Assembly: GCA_033442325.1 (NCBI GenBank)
Contig: JAWQFM010000006.1
Coordinates: 666,673 to 730,672 of the forward strand
Length of the DNA stretch: 64,000 nt
DNA from: Salpingoeca rosetta
Taxonomy: Eukaryota > Protista > Choanoflagellata
Reading direction: 5' to 3'
Position 1 is the stretch's first letter. Each line of letters opens with the position of its first letter. A program made the position numbers and the translations under genes. The notes beneath the pieces are model-generated. The model was not told where the DNA came from, made no database searches, and worked only from the letters and a program-made list of their open reading frames with translations. Below, in pieces: positions 1 through 14,858 of this stretch.

Positions 1-224
1 GTCTCATTGGCACCGTGAAGAAGTACCCCGAGGTCACCCCGCTGCTTGTGGTGTGCTCCTTCGCCGCCAGCTTTGGCATCTTCTCCCTCACCCGCTTTGT
101 GACCTCCAACCCGGAGGTGAGCCTGAACCACAGGGAGACCAACTGGGAGACCAGCGAGTTGAAGGCCGGCCGCATCCCCGACCGCGTTCTCCAGCTGCAC
201 GCCCAGGACAAGCAGGCTGCGTAA
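1..224 (+). CDS. NDUFA4: NDUFA4/B12D (MLRQ-type) small mitochondrial membrane protein, 5'-truncated by the window edge
   Basis: LIGTVKKYPEVTPLLVVCSFAASFGIFSLTRFVTSNPEVSLNH matches the family pattern KxPExxPL-TM-RxxxxNPEV; TAA at 222-224. Confidence 0.75.
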   Translation, partial: LIGTVKKYPEVTPLLVVCSFAASFGIFSLTRFVTSNPEVSLNHRETNWETSELKAGRIPDRVLQLHAQDKQAA

Positions 225-571
225 GCCTTTTGCCTCCACACCCGCTTTCATCAGCACAGTTTCGTCCTGTCCTTGGCTTCTTCCACCTGACTCTACTTCC
301 CGTGTCTTCCCCTCGAACTTTGTCATCATCGCTCAGCGAGCGTGATGCACCAGGATCACGATCGTCACGATCGCGCACAACACACGCTTCTTTTCTTCTT
401 TCTGGTGTTCCCCTCTTGTACATCTGGGCGTTTCCCAGAAGGCCCTTTGCTTGCAGCGCATCTTTGCAGCGCATCTTGTGTGCTTCATGGGTTGATTGAT
501 TGACTTTGATTAACCACCGCCAGTGCCAGCCTTCTTGTTGTTGGCGTGCTGGTTTGGTTCTATGTGAACAC

Positions 572-624
<53 letters not shown>

Positions 625-790
625 AACGCGAGCCTTGGCTGTATTGTATACTTATGATGAGTACACGCTTCCTAATTGCCACAAAAGCCATCAATCAATT
701 ATACGTCACAAGAAGCAGGAGGGGAGAGAATAGAGGAGGAAGGGGGGGGGGGGAAGACAGGCTCCAGCAGTTTGCTTGCAGAGACGAGGG

Positions 791-1876
791 CTATGGCATG
801 TGTGAGCGGTGTTGGTGCTGTTGGTGCTGCTGTTGTCGACGTCCTTTGCCTGTTCGCTTTCCCTTGCCCTTGGTGTTGTTGCGTTTGCCATGGTGGTGGT
901 AGTGCGGTGGCTTGGGCGATGGATTCGGATGGCCGGGTAACCTGTGGAGTGATGGAAAGAAAGGGAGGCAAAGCGGGGGTGAATGATGGGCGGGGTTGGA
1001 CGGAAGGAAAGGAGAAGTTGGAAATGTGAACCGACACGAGGGAATAGCTCATGAACTGGGCTGGAACGACAGGGTGGGTGTACAGCGAGAAAAGTGTACA
1101 GAGCACAGTGCACACAGTGTACAAAGCACAGCAAGCACCAGTGTACGCAGCCCGGCAAGCACAGTGTACGCAGCCCGGCAAGCACCAGTGTACAAAGCAC
1201 AGCAAGCACAGTGTACAAAGCACAGTAAGCACAGTGTACAAAGCACAGCAAGCACACAGAACAAACACACACACGCACACGCACACAGAGCAAACACACG
1301 GAGCACACGCGCAACCAACGGACAGGGCACTGACAAGAACGGCGGGATGCGCTTCAGGTCTGAAGAGGAGAGGAGCTGGCCTCTGGTAGCTTGTCGCACA
1401 GCGAGCATCTGCTCCATGGTGTAGTGGACAGGCATGTGGCCATCGTGCGTGTATTGGTCTGTGTGTGCGGCCGCGGTCTTGGCGCGCTTTGCATGCGGTT
1501 CGTCTTCCTCCAGCAGTTCTCTGTCTTGCTGCACAAGCGGTGCTTTCGCTGCTGATCTACCTTGTTGCGGTGCTGTTGTGGTTTGTATCGCTGCTGATCT
1601 GCCTTGTTCCGGTGCTGCTCCCACTGTTCCACCAACACCACCACAACCATCACCTTGCGCGTCACTGTGTTGCTGTTGTTGCTGCTGCTGCTGTTGTTGT
1701 TGTTGTTGGACGCTTGTGTGGGCCACTCGCTGGCGCTGGGGGCGTGTTAGATGAGGGAAGGCCACCTGGCAGAACGTCTCCATCACTGCAACTTGCTCCT
1801 GTGGCGTGCCGCCACTGCACCCCTGCGGCCACAGAAACGTGGCCGCAAACGCTCGCACATCCTCCACCATCGTCAT
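791..1876 (-). CDS. Hypothetical protein, 2 exons (1876-1320, 941-791), with poly-Q and a basic C-terminus
   Basis: ATG at 1876. A phase-2 donor (cc|gttggt) joins acceptor ccacag|g to read ...RIPPFLSVPCPLPGHPNPSPKPPHYHHHGKRNNTKGKGKRTGKGRR...HMP*. No recognised domain. Confidence 0.55.
1093..1260. repeat. Intronic minisatellite, degenerate ~23-bp unit (agcacagtgtacaaagcacagca / agcacagtgtacgcagcccggca)
   Basis: About 7 imperfect tandem copies are visible directly. Confidence 0.8.
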
Positions 1877-2112
1877 CAACAACAACAAACGAAGAGTTTT
1901 AACTTTTCAAACGGATGATTCGATGGTCTGTTAATTCCGCGGGTGTTGTGTGTGCTTCTTTGCTTGCAGGCAGTTTGTTTGTGTTGTTTTCTCTTCTTCT
2001 CTTGCCCAAGCCACAACCTTGCGGCGGCACCAGCATCCCACCTAGTCACTCAGACGCACAGGACGATCGGACAGTCAGCCTCAGGCACACCTTGACACCT
2101 GGCAGACCCAGG

Positions 2113-3469
2113 ATGGGGTTGTCTGGGAATGACAAGTTGACCATTGCCCTGAGTGTCATCTTCGGCACATTCTTCTTTGTGGCAGTGGCCATCATCGCCC
2201 ATTTCCTTCGCCGCCACCACCGCGAGTCCATCGCCCTCACATCCCACTTCCAACGCCTACGAAGGTTGTTCGTGTGTGTTGTGTGTTGTGTGTGTTGTGT
2301 GTTGTGTGTGTTGTGTGCATGTGTGTGTTGTGTGCATGTGTGTGTGTGCATGTGTGTATGTTGTGTGTGTGTTGCGTCTTTGCGTGTGTTGTGTGTTGTG
2401 TGTGTTGTGCGTGTACAAGTGAATGTGCAACGCGCATACGCACACAAAGAAACAAATACATTCGCATACTCACATTCGCGCACACGCGCATACGAAACGC
2501 GCAACTGACGTCCATACACGCCCCCTCCTCAGGACACGGCGTGGATCTGCAACAGCCCGCCTCACGGATGCAGTGGGAAGCCAGGATGATGCAGCAAGTG
2601 CAGTCGACTCCCGCGACAACATTCCCATGGTACAGTGCAATCAAAAACAACAAACTGAACAGCACACATCCGCCTCTTGCTTACTTTTCTTTCTTTTCGC
2701 TTAGTGCCGGTCCTGGCTTTGGCTTGGACCCGTGCTCGCTGGTTGTTTTTACCACAAACTATTCATTGCCTCTGCCGAAGTTCAGCGTGCCGTTCGCGGT
2801 CCAGTTTGTACTCCTGGCTCTGCTCCCGAAATTTTTACCCTGACCGCCTCACCCCGGTCCCCTTCTCCTCCTCACACAGGCCTTCCTTGGACCACGGTCG
2901 CGTGTGGATGAGCTGGACACACACGCCCTCGCATTGCTACCGCCAACAGTGGCCCTGCTTCGATCCTGTCGCGAGCTTGCTCGCAGGCTCCTCGCCCAAC
3001 TCATGGCGGGGGCATCTGACTCGGGCTCTGACCTTGTCACTGGGTCCCTCGAAGTCGTGCTTGCTGCCAGCAGCCCCATCTCTATCAGGTATGCGTGTAC
3101 GCACAACTGCGCGCCTCGCCCTCATGTCATCGTTGCCAATCTGCGTACATGTGTCTCGGAGCCTGTGACTGGCTACGCAAAGGCGGTGTTCGTTTGTGCT
3201 TGTCTCCTCCAATTCTGCGCCGTGTCCTTTCGCCTGCCCGTCTCACATCCGCTCTCTGTTCCTGTTCTCTCCCACCTCCCCTTCACAGGGCGGACGACCT
3301 CACAAGTTGCGTGTATCCACCCATCGACGAAGCCGATGTGCACAACGCAGCCACTCGCCTTGTGTCCAGCGTCGACAACCTCGTCCGCGTCACAAGGTGC
3401 GCTTTCTCCTGTTTCAAGCGCCCACCCTCAAACATTCGTCTCAGCACGTCTGTTCTCGCTCTCCCTCCA

Positions 3470-3529
<60 letters not shown>

Positions 3530-3575
3530 CGTGCGTGTGTGCGTGTGTGCGTGTGTGCGTGTGTGCGTGTGTGCG

Positions 3576-3607
<32 letters not shown>

Positions 3608-4280
3608 CGTCTCTCTCCATCTCCGTCTCCATCTGTCTGAGTCTCTCTTTCTCTTTCTCTCTCTGTCTGTCTCTCTCCCTCCCCTTCTCTCTCTCCCCCT
3701 TCTCTCTGTCTCTCTCTCTCTCTCTCTGTCTCTCCCTCCTCTCTCTCTCTCTCTCTCTGTCTGTCTCTCAGCTCTCTGTCTCTGTCTCTCGCCATGTCGT
3801 TTCAAATACAACAGTTCCTTCTAGACCACAAGCTTCTCTCCACAGCTTTTTCTCTTGGTCTTCTGATTCCCAACACGTTGGTATCTCACCTCTCACCTCT
3901 TTATCGCACGAATTTACATATCAGGGACAACTGTGACCTTCGCCAGCTGGGCTGGATTGATCACAGTGCCGTACAAATCATCCGTGACTACAAGGTACAG
4001 CCCACAAGCGCGCGCGAGCACGTGTGCGTTTCTAGCCTGGCCGTTTGCATGCGCGCTCACCCGGTCCTTGTCCTCAAGCACACCAGATACCTGCCAACGT
4101 CCAGCTCCATGCTCACATGCTCCCGCTTCCCCTTCTCACGTCGTCGCACATCCTCTCACCCCATGTCGCGCTCTATCACGTGTGATTTGCAGACGCTATG
4201 CCGTGAACTAGACAGGTATCAAGTCGCACAACAACAACTCGGCCATCCAGACCGGCATTATCATCAACAGCAGCAGCAGC

Positions 4281-4321
<41 letters not shown>

Positions 4322-4408
4322 CGGCAGCAGCAGCAACAACAGCAACAGCAACAGCAACAACAAGTAGTAGTAGTGGAGGAGCAAGAGGAGCCAGTGTGGA
4401 TGCCTTAA
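2113..4408 (+). CDS. TMEM98: TMEM98 homolog, single N-terminal TM; exons ~2113-2264, 2533-2628, 2880-3088, 3289-3396, 3924-3993, 4193-4408
   Basis: Spliced product has N-terminal [26 protein letters not shown], then [20 protein letters not shown]...[54 protein letters not shown]. This aligns by eye with human TMEM98 ISPRVDDVVKSMYPPLDPKLLDARTTALLLSVSHLVLVTRNACHLTGGLDWIDQS. Confidence 0.85.
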
Positions 4409-5710
4409 TCTTGTCCCTGACTTCTTTTTGCCTTCCTTTCTCTTGTTCTGCGTGTTGCTTCACCATCCACTCCTCGTGCTTAGCTCAACTTTGCGTTTAC
4501 TCTCTGGTGCTTCCCATCGTTATCACACGGTCAAACGGGTCAACCGTTCTTCCCTTGCTCATGGCCTGGCTCTGCTGAGCACAAGAGCATGCTCTACTGC
4601 TACCATTACTCTTCCCTCCTCTGTGTCTGCAACTAACCGTGCCCAAACCAGCCAACCATGCCGGCCAATCCCAATCCGAGTCGTTTGATTCTTGCTCGCG
4701 CAAGCACAGCATAGGACTTGCGTCTTGCTGTCTTGCTCCTGCGCATCGTCATTGAAGTACTTGAAGCTGGCGTTTACGTTGTCACTCCTCTCTATTCTCC
4801 TCCACTGCGTGCCCCATGTTCGTCGTCCCCTCTTGTTGTAATGTTGCTCACGTGTACATGCAACGTGCGACATCACATCACTACATGGGGACATCATAGT
4901 GCCCTGGTCAGTGCTGTGACTTGGGTTCTCCTGCCTTGCTGTCGCTTTGGTTGAGAGTAGGAGAGTAGGAGAGTGCAACACCTTGCACCCTCACAGCACA
5001 CCATCCCAGCGTGCATTCTTCTCCCGCCCTCTTGTTCACTCGTTATTCTGATCACTGACGATGTACATTCTCTGTTGGTTGGTTCTTTGTTGCTGCTTAG
5101 TCACTCCACTCAGTTCTAGTTCGTTCACCCACCTCCCTATTCGCTTGCTTGCTTGACTTCACTCTGTGCAGTATATCGGGTGGTGCAGCGTCCTGCTCCT
5201 GCGTGTCGTCTCTGCTGTTGAAGTGCATTGAGCGTCGAGCTCCAAGACATACACACACGCCTGGAGCGACCGCCAAGCGTTGATCGCCCTTGCCTTGCTA
5301 TTGTTGCTGTTGCTGCTTCCTTGTGCTTGTTGTTACTATCCAACTCATGCATGCCACCAAGGCAGCTAGCTGCCTTGCTTGCTGCGCCTTAAAATTACAC
5401 TGTTGCACCCGCCACTGCCGTATGCAACCGTAGACAGTGCATCTGTGGTTCATGTGCATTCAAAGCAGAGTGCTGGGGAGGAGCTCGGGGAGCAAAGTGG
5501 TGGCAGCGAAGAAGGGCAATGCGTAACAGGATAACGATAACTTGAGAAAGTGAAGAGACAGGAGGCAGGCGCTACCCACAAAACGTGGTGGTGACAAGAG
5601 AGCGTTCTGGTTTGTGCATTGCACAGCCACAGCGCGGAAGAGGTAGACAGAACAACGAAGAGACAGGCAGTTGCACACACAGACACAAGTAGACAGATGA
5701 GCGAACGCAC

Positions 5711-5777
<67 letters not shown>

Positions 5778-5836
5778 CACACACACACACACACTCACAC
5801 ACACACTCACTCACACACAGAGCACACAGAGTGCAT

Positions 5837-5874
<38 letters not shown>

Positions 5875-5892
5875 CACACACAACGGTGGTCG

Positions 5893-7233
5893 CTACGCTT
5901 GCGACGAGTGTTGGCTGTCTCTGACGTGCTGCAATATGCGTTGTGCTCGTGCTCCAATGTCACCCCGCTTCAACTGGGTCAAGGTCGCATAGAGCCCACT
6001 GTCGCGTAACCGCTCTAGTGTGAGATCGTCCTGGCCAGCCTCAAGCTTGTTCAGCAGTGCCTGTGCCTTGGCAACATCTCCTTGCTCCCCATAACCCACA
6101 AGCCTTGCGTTGAGCCGCGTCAGCGACGCAACAACAGCGCTCTCGTCCTGGGTGTCCCCGCCGCTGGCAGCATCGTCCACGGGAGCATGGCGGCCAGTGC
6201 CAGCCCGTCGATCCAAACGGCCACTACTGCTCATCTCAGCTTGGCTATACTCACTGCTGCCGGTCACAGCGGACCGCCACTTGGCGATGAGCGCCTGTGC
6301 CTGCGGCCGACACGCGCCTTGGATGCCATTCACCACTCGGCCAATACCAGTTGATGCGAGCAGCGTCTCGGTCACCACAAGCCGCCTGTTGAGCTGTCGA
6401 AGCATCCGAGCCACTGCATCGTCATCCCCTTGCGCACTTGCAGCCTCGAGTTGATGGGCCACGCGCTGCACCTCCTGGTACAGCTGCGCCTCCGACATGC
6501 CGCTGTTGCCGTCGTCGTCGATGGTGTCGCGCTCGACATGATCACCCCTGCCAGTGAGTGCCTGCTCCGCCCCCGCGCCTTGCGCCTGATGCGCGGCGTG
6601 CTCCTGGCCTTGGTACCGCGCAGGGGGGTGTGTGTGGCCTGGATAAGCGCCCACAGTGCTGGGCCCGGCTTGGTCATGGGCGACAGCACGTTCCTCCTGC
6701 TCCAGATCATCGACTGCACCGCCGCCACCGCCGTTGCCTGCATCGCGCGGATCGAAGGCCTGGTTCTCTGTGGTGTTGGCAAACAAGTGCCGCGTGTACG
6801 CACTGTTGCGGAGGTACGCCTGCCTCCTGGCACGTCGGTGAACCCCGCTGATGTGCACGGCGAGCAGCAGGGCCAAGATCCCAAACACGCCACCAGAGGC
6901 CGCCAGGGCCGCGAGCGCCACCGTCTCCGTCACCACGACGCGCTCGTAGAACGCATAGAAGGCCAGCCCAAACGCCACTCCAACCAGCACCATTGCAACC
7001 GCCAGCAACGCAGTCTTCGCACCGTCGCTGCAGCACGTACAAACACCACCGCTCTCATCGCCATACTGGCTCTGCTGCTGCTGCTGCTGTTGCACATGGC
7101 GTGCGACCAAAGGCCTGTGCTCATCGTCTCCTGCTCCTCCGCGTCGATTCCTCCTTTGCTGTGTCATCATCACCGCTTGCTTGCTTGCTTGGAGGGGAAT
7201 TGTTGTGCAAGGCAATTCCAATGATGAAGACAT
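5893..7233 (-). CDS. Intronless protein with two N-terminal TM helices and two C-terminal TFIIS-N (TND/Med26-like) domains
   Basis: Open frame of ~446 aa from ATG 7233 (alternative ATG 7170). Hydrophobic segments ALLAVAMVLVGVAFGLAFYAFY and VALAALAASGGVFGILALLLAVHI; TND motif LRQL...TETLLASTGIGRVVNGI...AQALIAKWRSAV plus a degenerate second copy. Confidence 0.75.
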   Translation of the reverse strand: MSSSLELPCTTIPLQASKQAVMMTQQRRNRRGGAGDDEHRPLVARHVQQQQQQQSQYGDESGGVCTCCSDGAKTALLAVAMVLVGVAFGLAFYAFYERVVVTETVALAALAASGGVFGILALLLAVHISGVHRRARRQAYLRNSAYTRHLFANTTENQAFDPRDAGNGGGGGAVDDLEQEERAVAHDQAGPSTVGAYPGHTHPPARYQGQEHAAHQAQGAGAEQALTGRGDHVERDTIDDDGNSGMSEAQLYQEVQRVAHQLEAASAQGDDDAVARMLRQLNRRLVVTETLLASTGIGRVVNGIQGACRPQAQALIAKWRSAVTGSSEYSQAEMSSSGRLDRRAGTGRHAPVDDAASGGDTQDESAVVASLTRLNARLVGYGEQGDVAKAQALLNKLEAGQDDLTLERLRDSGLYATLTQLKRGDIGARAQRILQHVRDSQHSSQA

Positions 7234-7272
7234 GATTGCGGTGACGAGGATGATTCCTTCTTCTCTCTCTTT

Positions 7273-7307
<35 letters not shown>

Positions 7308-7622
7308 TGGCGTTGCTTGTGGGGGGGGGGAATGGAGGCGCTTCTTGTCATAGAACCACAGAGAAACAAACAACACAGTCACCAAACAACAGCAACAGGT
7401 ACCAGTTGACAAAAGAGACAAGGCCAGTCGATGGGCGGCGGGCAAATAGTGCTCACAACAACAGCATCAGAGACACCAAAGGCCAAAAAGCAAAACGGCA
7501 CGCCACAAGCACCCACCACGCGTCATCCCCACACACATGAACCCACCCACGTACACATACACAACCACACCACACCCAGACAACAAAACAAGACAAGGAG
7601 AAAAGGGGGAACCAATGTAACA

Positions 7623-7666
<44 letters not shown>

Positions 7667-8261
7667 CTCCCTGCAGCTAGCACTCGGTGAAGCGTGTCAT
7701 GTCACCCAGCTTCTCATCTTCACATGCCACACACACACAACACAGCACACACGCATACGATGACCACGCATAGAATCACAGACAAACGAACACACACACA
7801 CACACGCACACGCACACACACACACACACACACACGCACGCACCTACACATACAACACGTCTTCCCTCTGGCTTCTTCACGCCTCCATTCAAATTCTCCT
7901 ACACTCCAGAAAAAGAATAAGCGCCTGCCTGCTCGCGTGCTGTCACGTGCTGCAGAGCAGTTCATCAGGAATGGGAAAGAGGGGCCAGCTTGTCGGTAGG
8001 GCCTTCAACCTGGCACAGTCAATTCCTAATAACCTGGGAGACAAAGCACCAGAGAGATCAACAGTCAGAGAACGAACCGGTATTTGGGCATGCAAGCGGG
8101 ACAAAGGGCGGGAGGGCGTGGTGGAAACAAATGACCACATCAACTGCAGTGACAACAGAAGAATGCCAGTCAATGGCGACCAACACAAGTGTGGCAAGCG
8201 CATGCAAAGATGGATGGACCCACCTGTCCAGCACGTAGCACGGGCGCATATGCATACAAAT

Positions 8262-12532
<4,271 letters not shown>

Positions 12533-13622
12533 TGTTGGTGTAGAAGCTGCACGGTCACGACCAGAGTGATGATGTTCATAATGATGAGGATGATGAGGAT
12601 GAGGATGATGATGATGAGGATGAGGATGAGGATGATGAGGAGGAGGAGGAGGAGGAGGAGGAGGAGGAGGAGGATAGCGGTGGTGTTGGTTATGTTGGTT
12701 GTGTTCATGGAGAGGGGAGAGGGGAGAGGGGGAGCGGAATTGCAGTCATATAACGTGCGAGCAAGTGTGCTTTGATTTGGTGGGGTTGCATGTGTCAGCA
12801 TTGACGTGTGGGGACTGTGAACTGTGTGTGCGTGCGTGTGTTGTTTGGAGGCGTGGGAGTGGACGTCGTGCCGTGCAAGCACACCAACGACACACATCCC
12901 ATGTGCAATGATACGGCACACGAGTGTACAAGTGGCAGGTGCGTGTGCTTGATAAGTAAACAAAAAGGAAAAAGACAGCACTTGTACTTACTTCACTCGG
13001 TGTAAAGAGAAGGGTGGAAGGAGGGACTGTTATGCAGTGGCAGACGGGTGCATGGCACAGTGACAAGGGCACCACAGTGTGAGCTACGCTGGAACGAGGG
13101 TGGGATCAACACGAAAAAAGGAAGGTCCTTGATGACAGTGATGTGCGGCAACCGATGTGCACAAACAGTGGACGATTCCATATCATCAACACCTAACACT
13201 GGTCAACGGCCAGTGCTCAGTGAACAACCCCCTCGCGCAACTCAATTGGTGCATCACATTGTTGCCAGGCGCAGTGGCGAGAACGCACGCATGTACACAC
13301 ATACGAATACACACACACAGACACACGTTTGCATGTTGCACATCACTCACTGGAAGAAGAGGTGGCTGCTGTGGTTGGAACGGTTTGTGGAAGAAGGGTC
13401 GGTCGGCAGTGTGCGGTGTGTGTGTGTGGGGTGAGTGTGTGTGATGGTTTTTCACTCCAGGATGCGGATTGCAGGCGAGAGCGGCTTCCCTGCTGTGCTG
13501 GCTGGCTGGTGTTTGCGCAAAAAGCCACCTGGAAAATTCGTGAAAGAAAATTGTTTACATATATCACGCCTAACGAGTTTTGCGGATTTGGGCAACCAGA
13601 CGCTCTCAAACAGCACAAAACG

Positions 13623-13680
<58 letters not shown>

Positions 13681-13690
13681 TTGTGGCTGC

Positions 13691-13750
<60 letters not shown>

Positions 13751-14110
13751 ACTCCCTCCTTCCCTCCTCCCACTTGTTGTCCCCTTCTCTGTATCTCAAC
13801 AGCGTGTGTGTGTGTGTGTGTGCGTGTAATGATACCAAGTCGTGTAACGCGTGAAAACAAACCCAATGTAAAACCAAACGTGCGGATAGCACGTAGATAG
13901 ATGCACACAACCCCACAAACACACACATGCAAATGCACTATACAAAGGGAGAGATGTCGTAACATAACAGCTGATATGAGGGAACAGAAGGAAATAAGGA
14001 GGGGGGGGGGACAAGAAAGGAGAAAGAAAAAAAAGAGAAAAAAAAAAGGCTCAGGAGAGGGGTAATCAGGTGCTGCCTTAGAGCACTGCCCACCCGACAA
14101 CGACGCACCA

Positions 14111-14788
14111 CTACTTGGATGAACGACCTCCGCCACGCCCGCCACGCCCACGCCCACGGCCACGCCCGCCACGGCCTTGCTTGCGTGAGCGCGTGACAAC
14201 GCCCTCAGGGCTGACTTCACGTGTTGGATTCTCCTCTTGCGACAACCGTGTCGCCCGTCTTGTGTGCTTCGGTGAGGGTGTGCCGCCCTTTGTCTTCTTT
14301 GCTGGAGGCGCGTCCTCCTCATCATCTTCCTCCTCTTCCTCCTCTTCATCATCATCACCCTCGTCGTCGTCCTCATCATCGTCGTTGCCCTCTTCTTCCT
14401 CTTCCTCTTCCTCTTCCGCTTCCTCTTCCTCTTCCTCCTCCTCTTCCTCCTCTTCCTCTTCTTCCTCCTGCTTCTGTTTCTTCTGCGTCTTCCTGGACTT
14501 GGCAGACGTGCCCTTCTTGCCCTTCTTACCCTTCTTCTTGGGTGGCGCCTCCTCTTCCTCTTCACCTTCATCGTCCTCCTCATCTTCATCTTCTTCGTCA
14601 GCTGCAGCTGCTTTCGCTTCCTTCTTGGCTGCGAGATATAAACGGAGACAACAAACAGCAACACGACACGCCGACGAGAGGGCAAGAAAGGCGTGAGCTC
14701 GGATTGCACAGAGGGACTGGCGAGACAGCAACGCAGCAAGCACGCGCAACAGTCAGAAATGGCCCGGTGACGCGCTCCCATACCCGCG

Positions 14789-14858
<70 letters not shown>

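Noticed and set aside
1093-1260. CRISPR-like repeat array
   Set aside because: Degenerate tandem units without unique spacers, inside a eukaryotic intron, and no cas genes.
4409-5892. Short ORFs between TMEM98 and the TM-TND gene
   Set aside because: No motifs or coherent splice structure; most simply convergent 3' UTRs.
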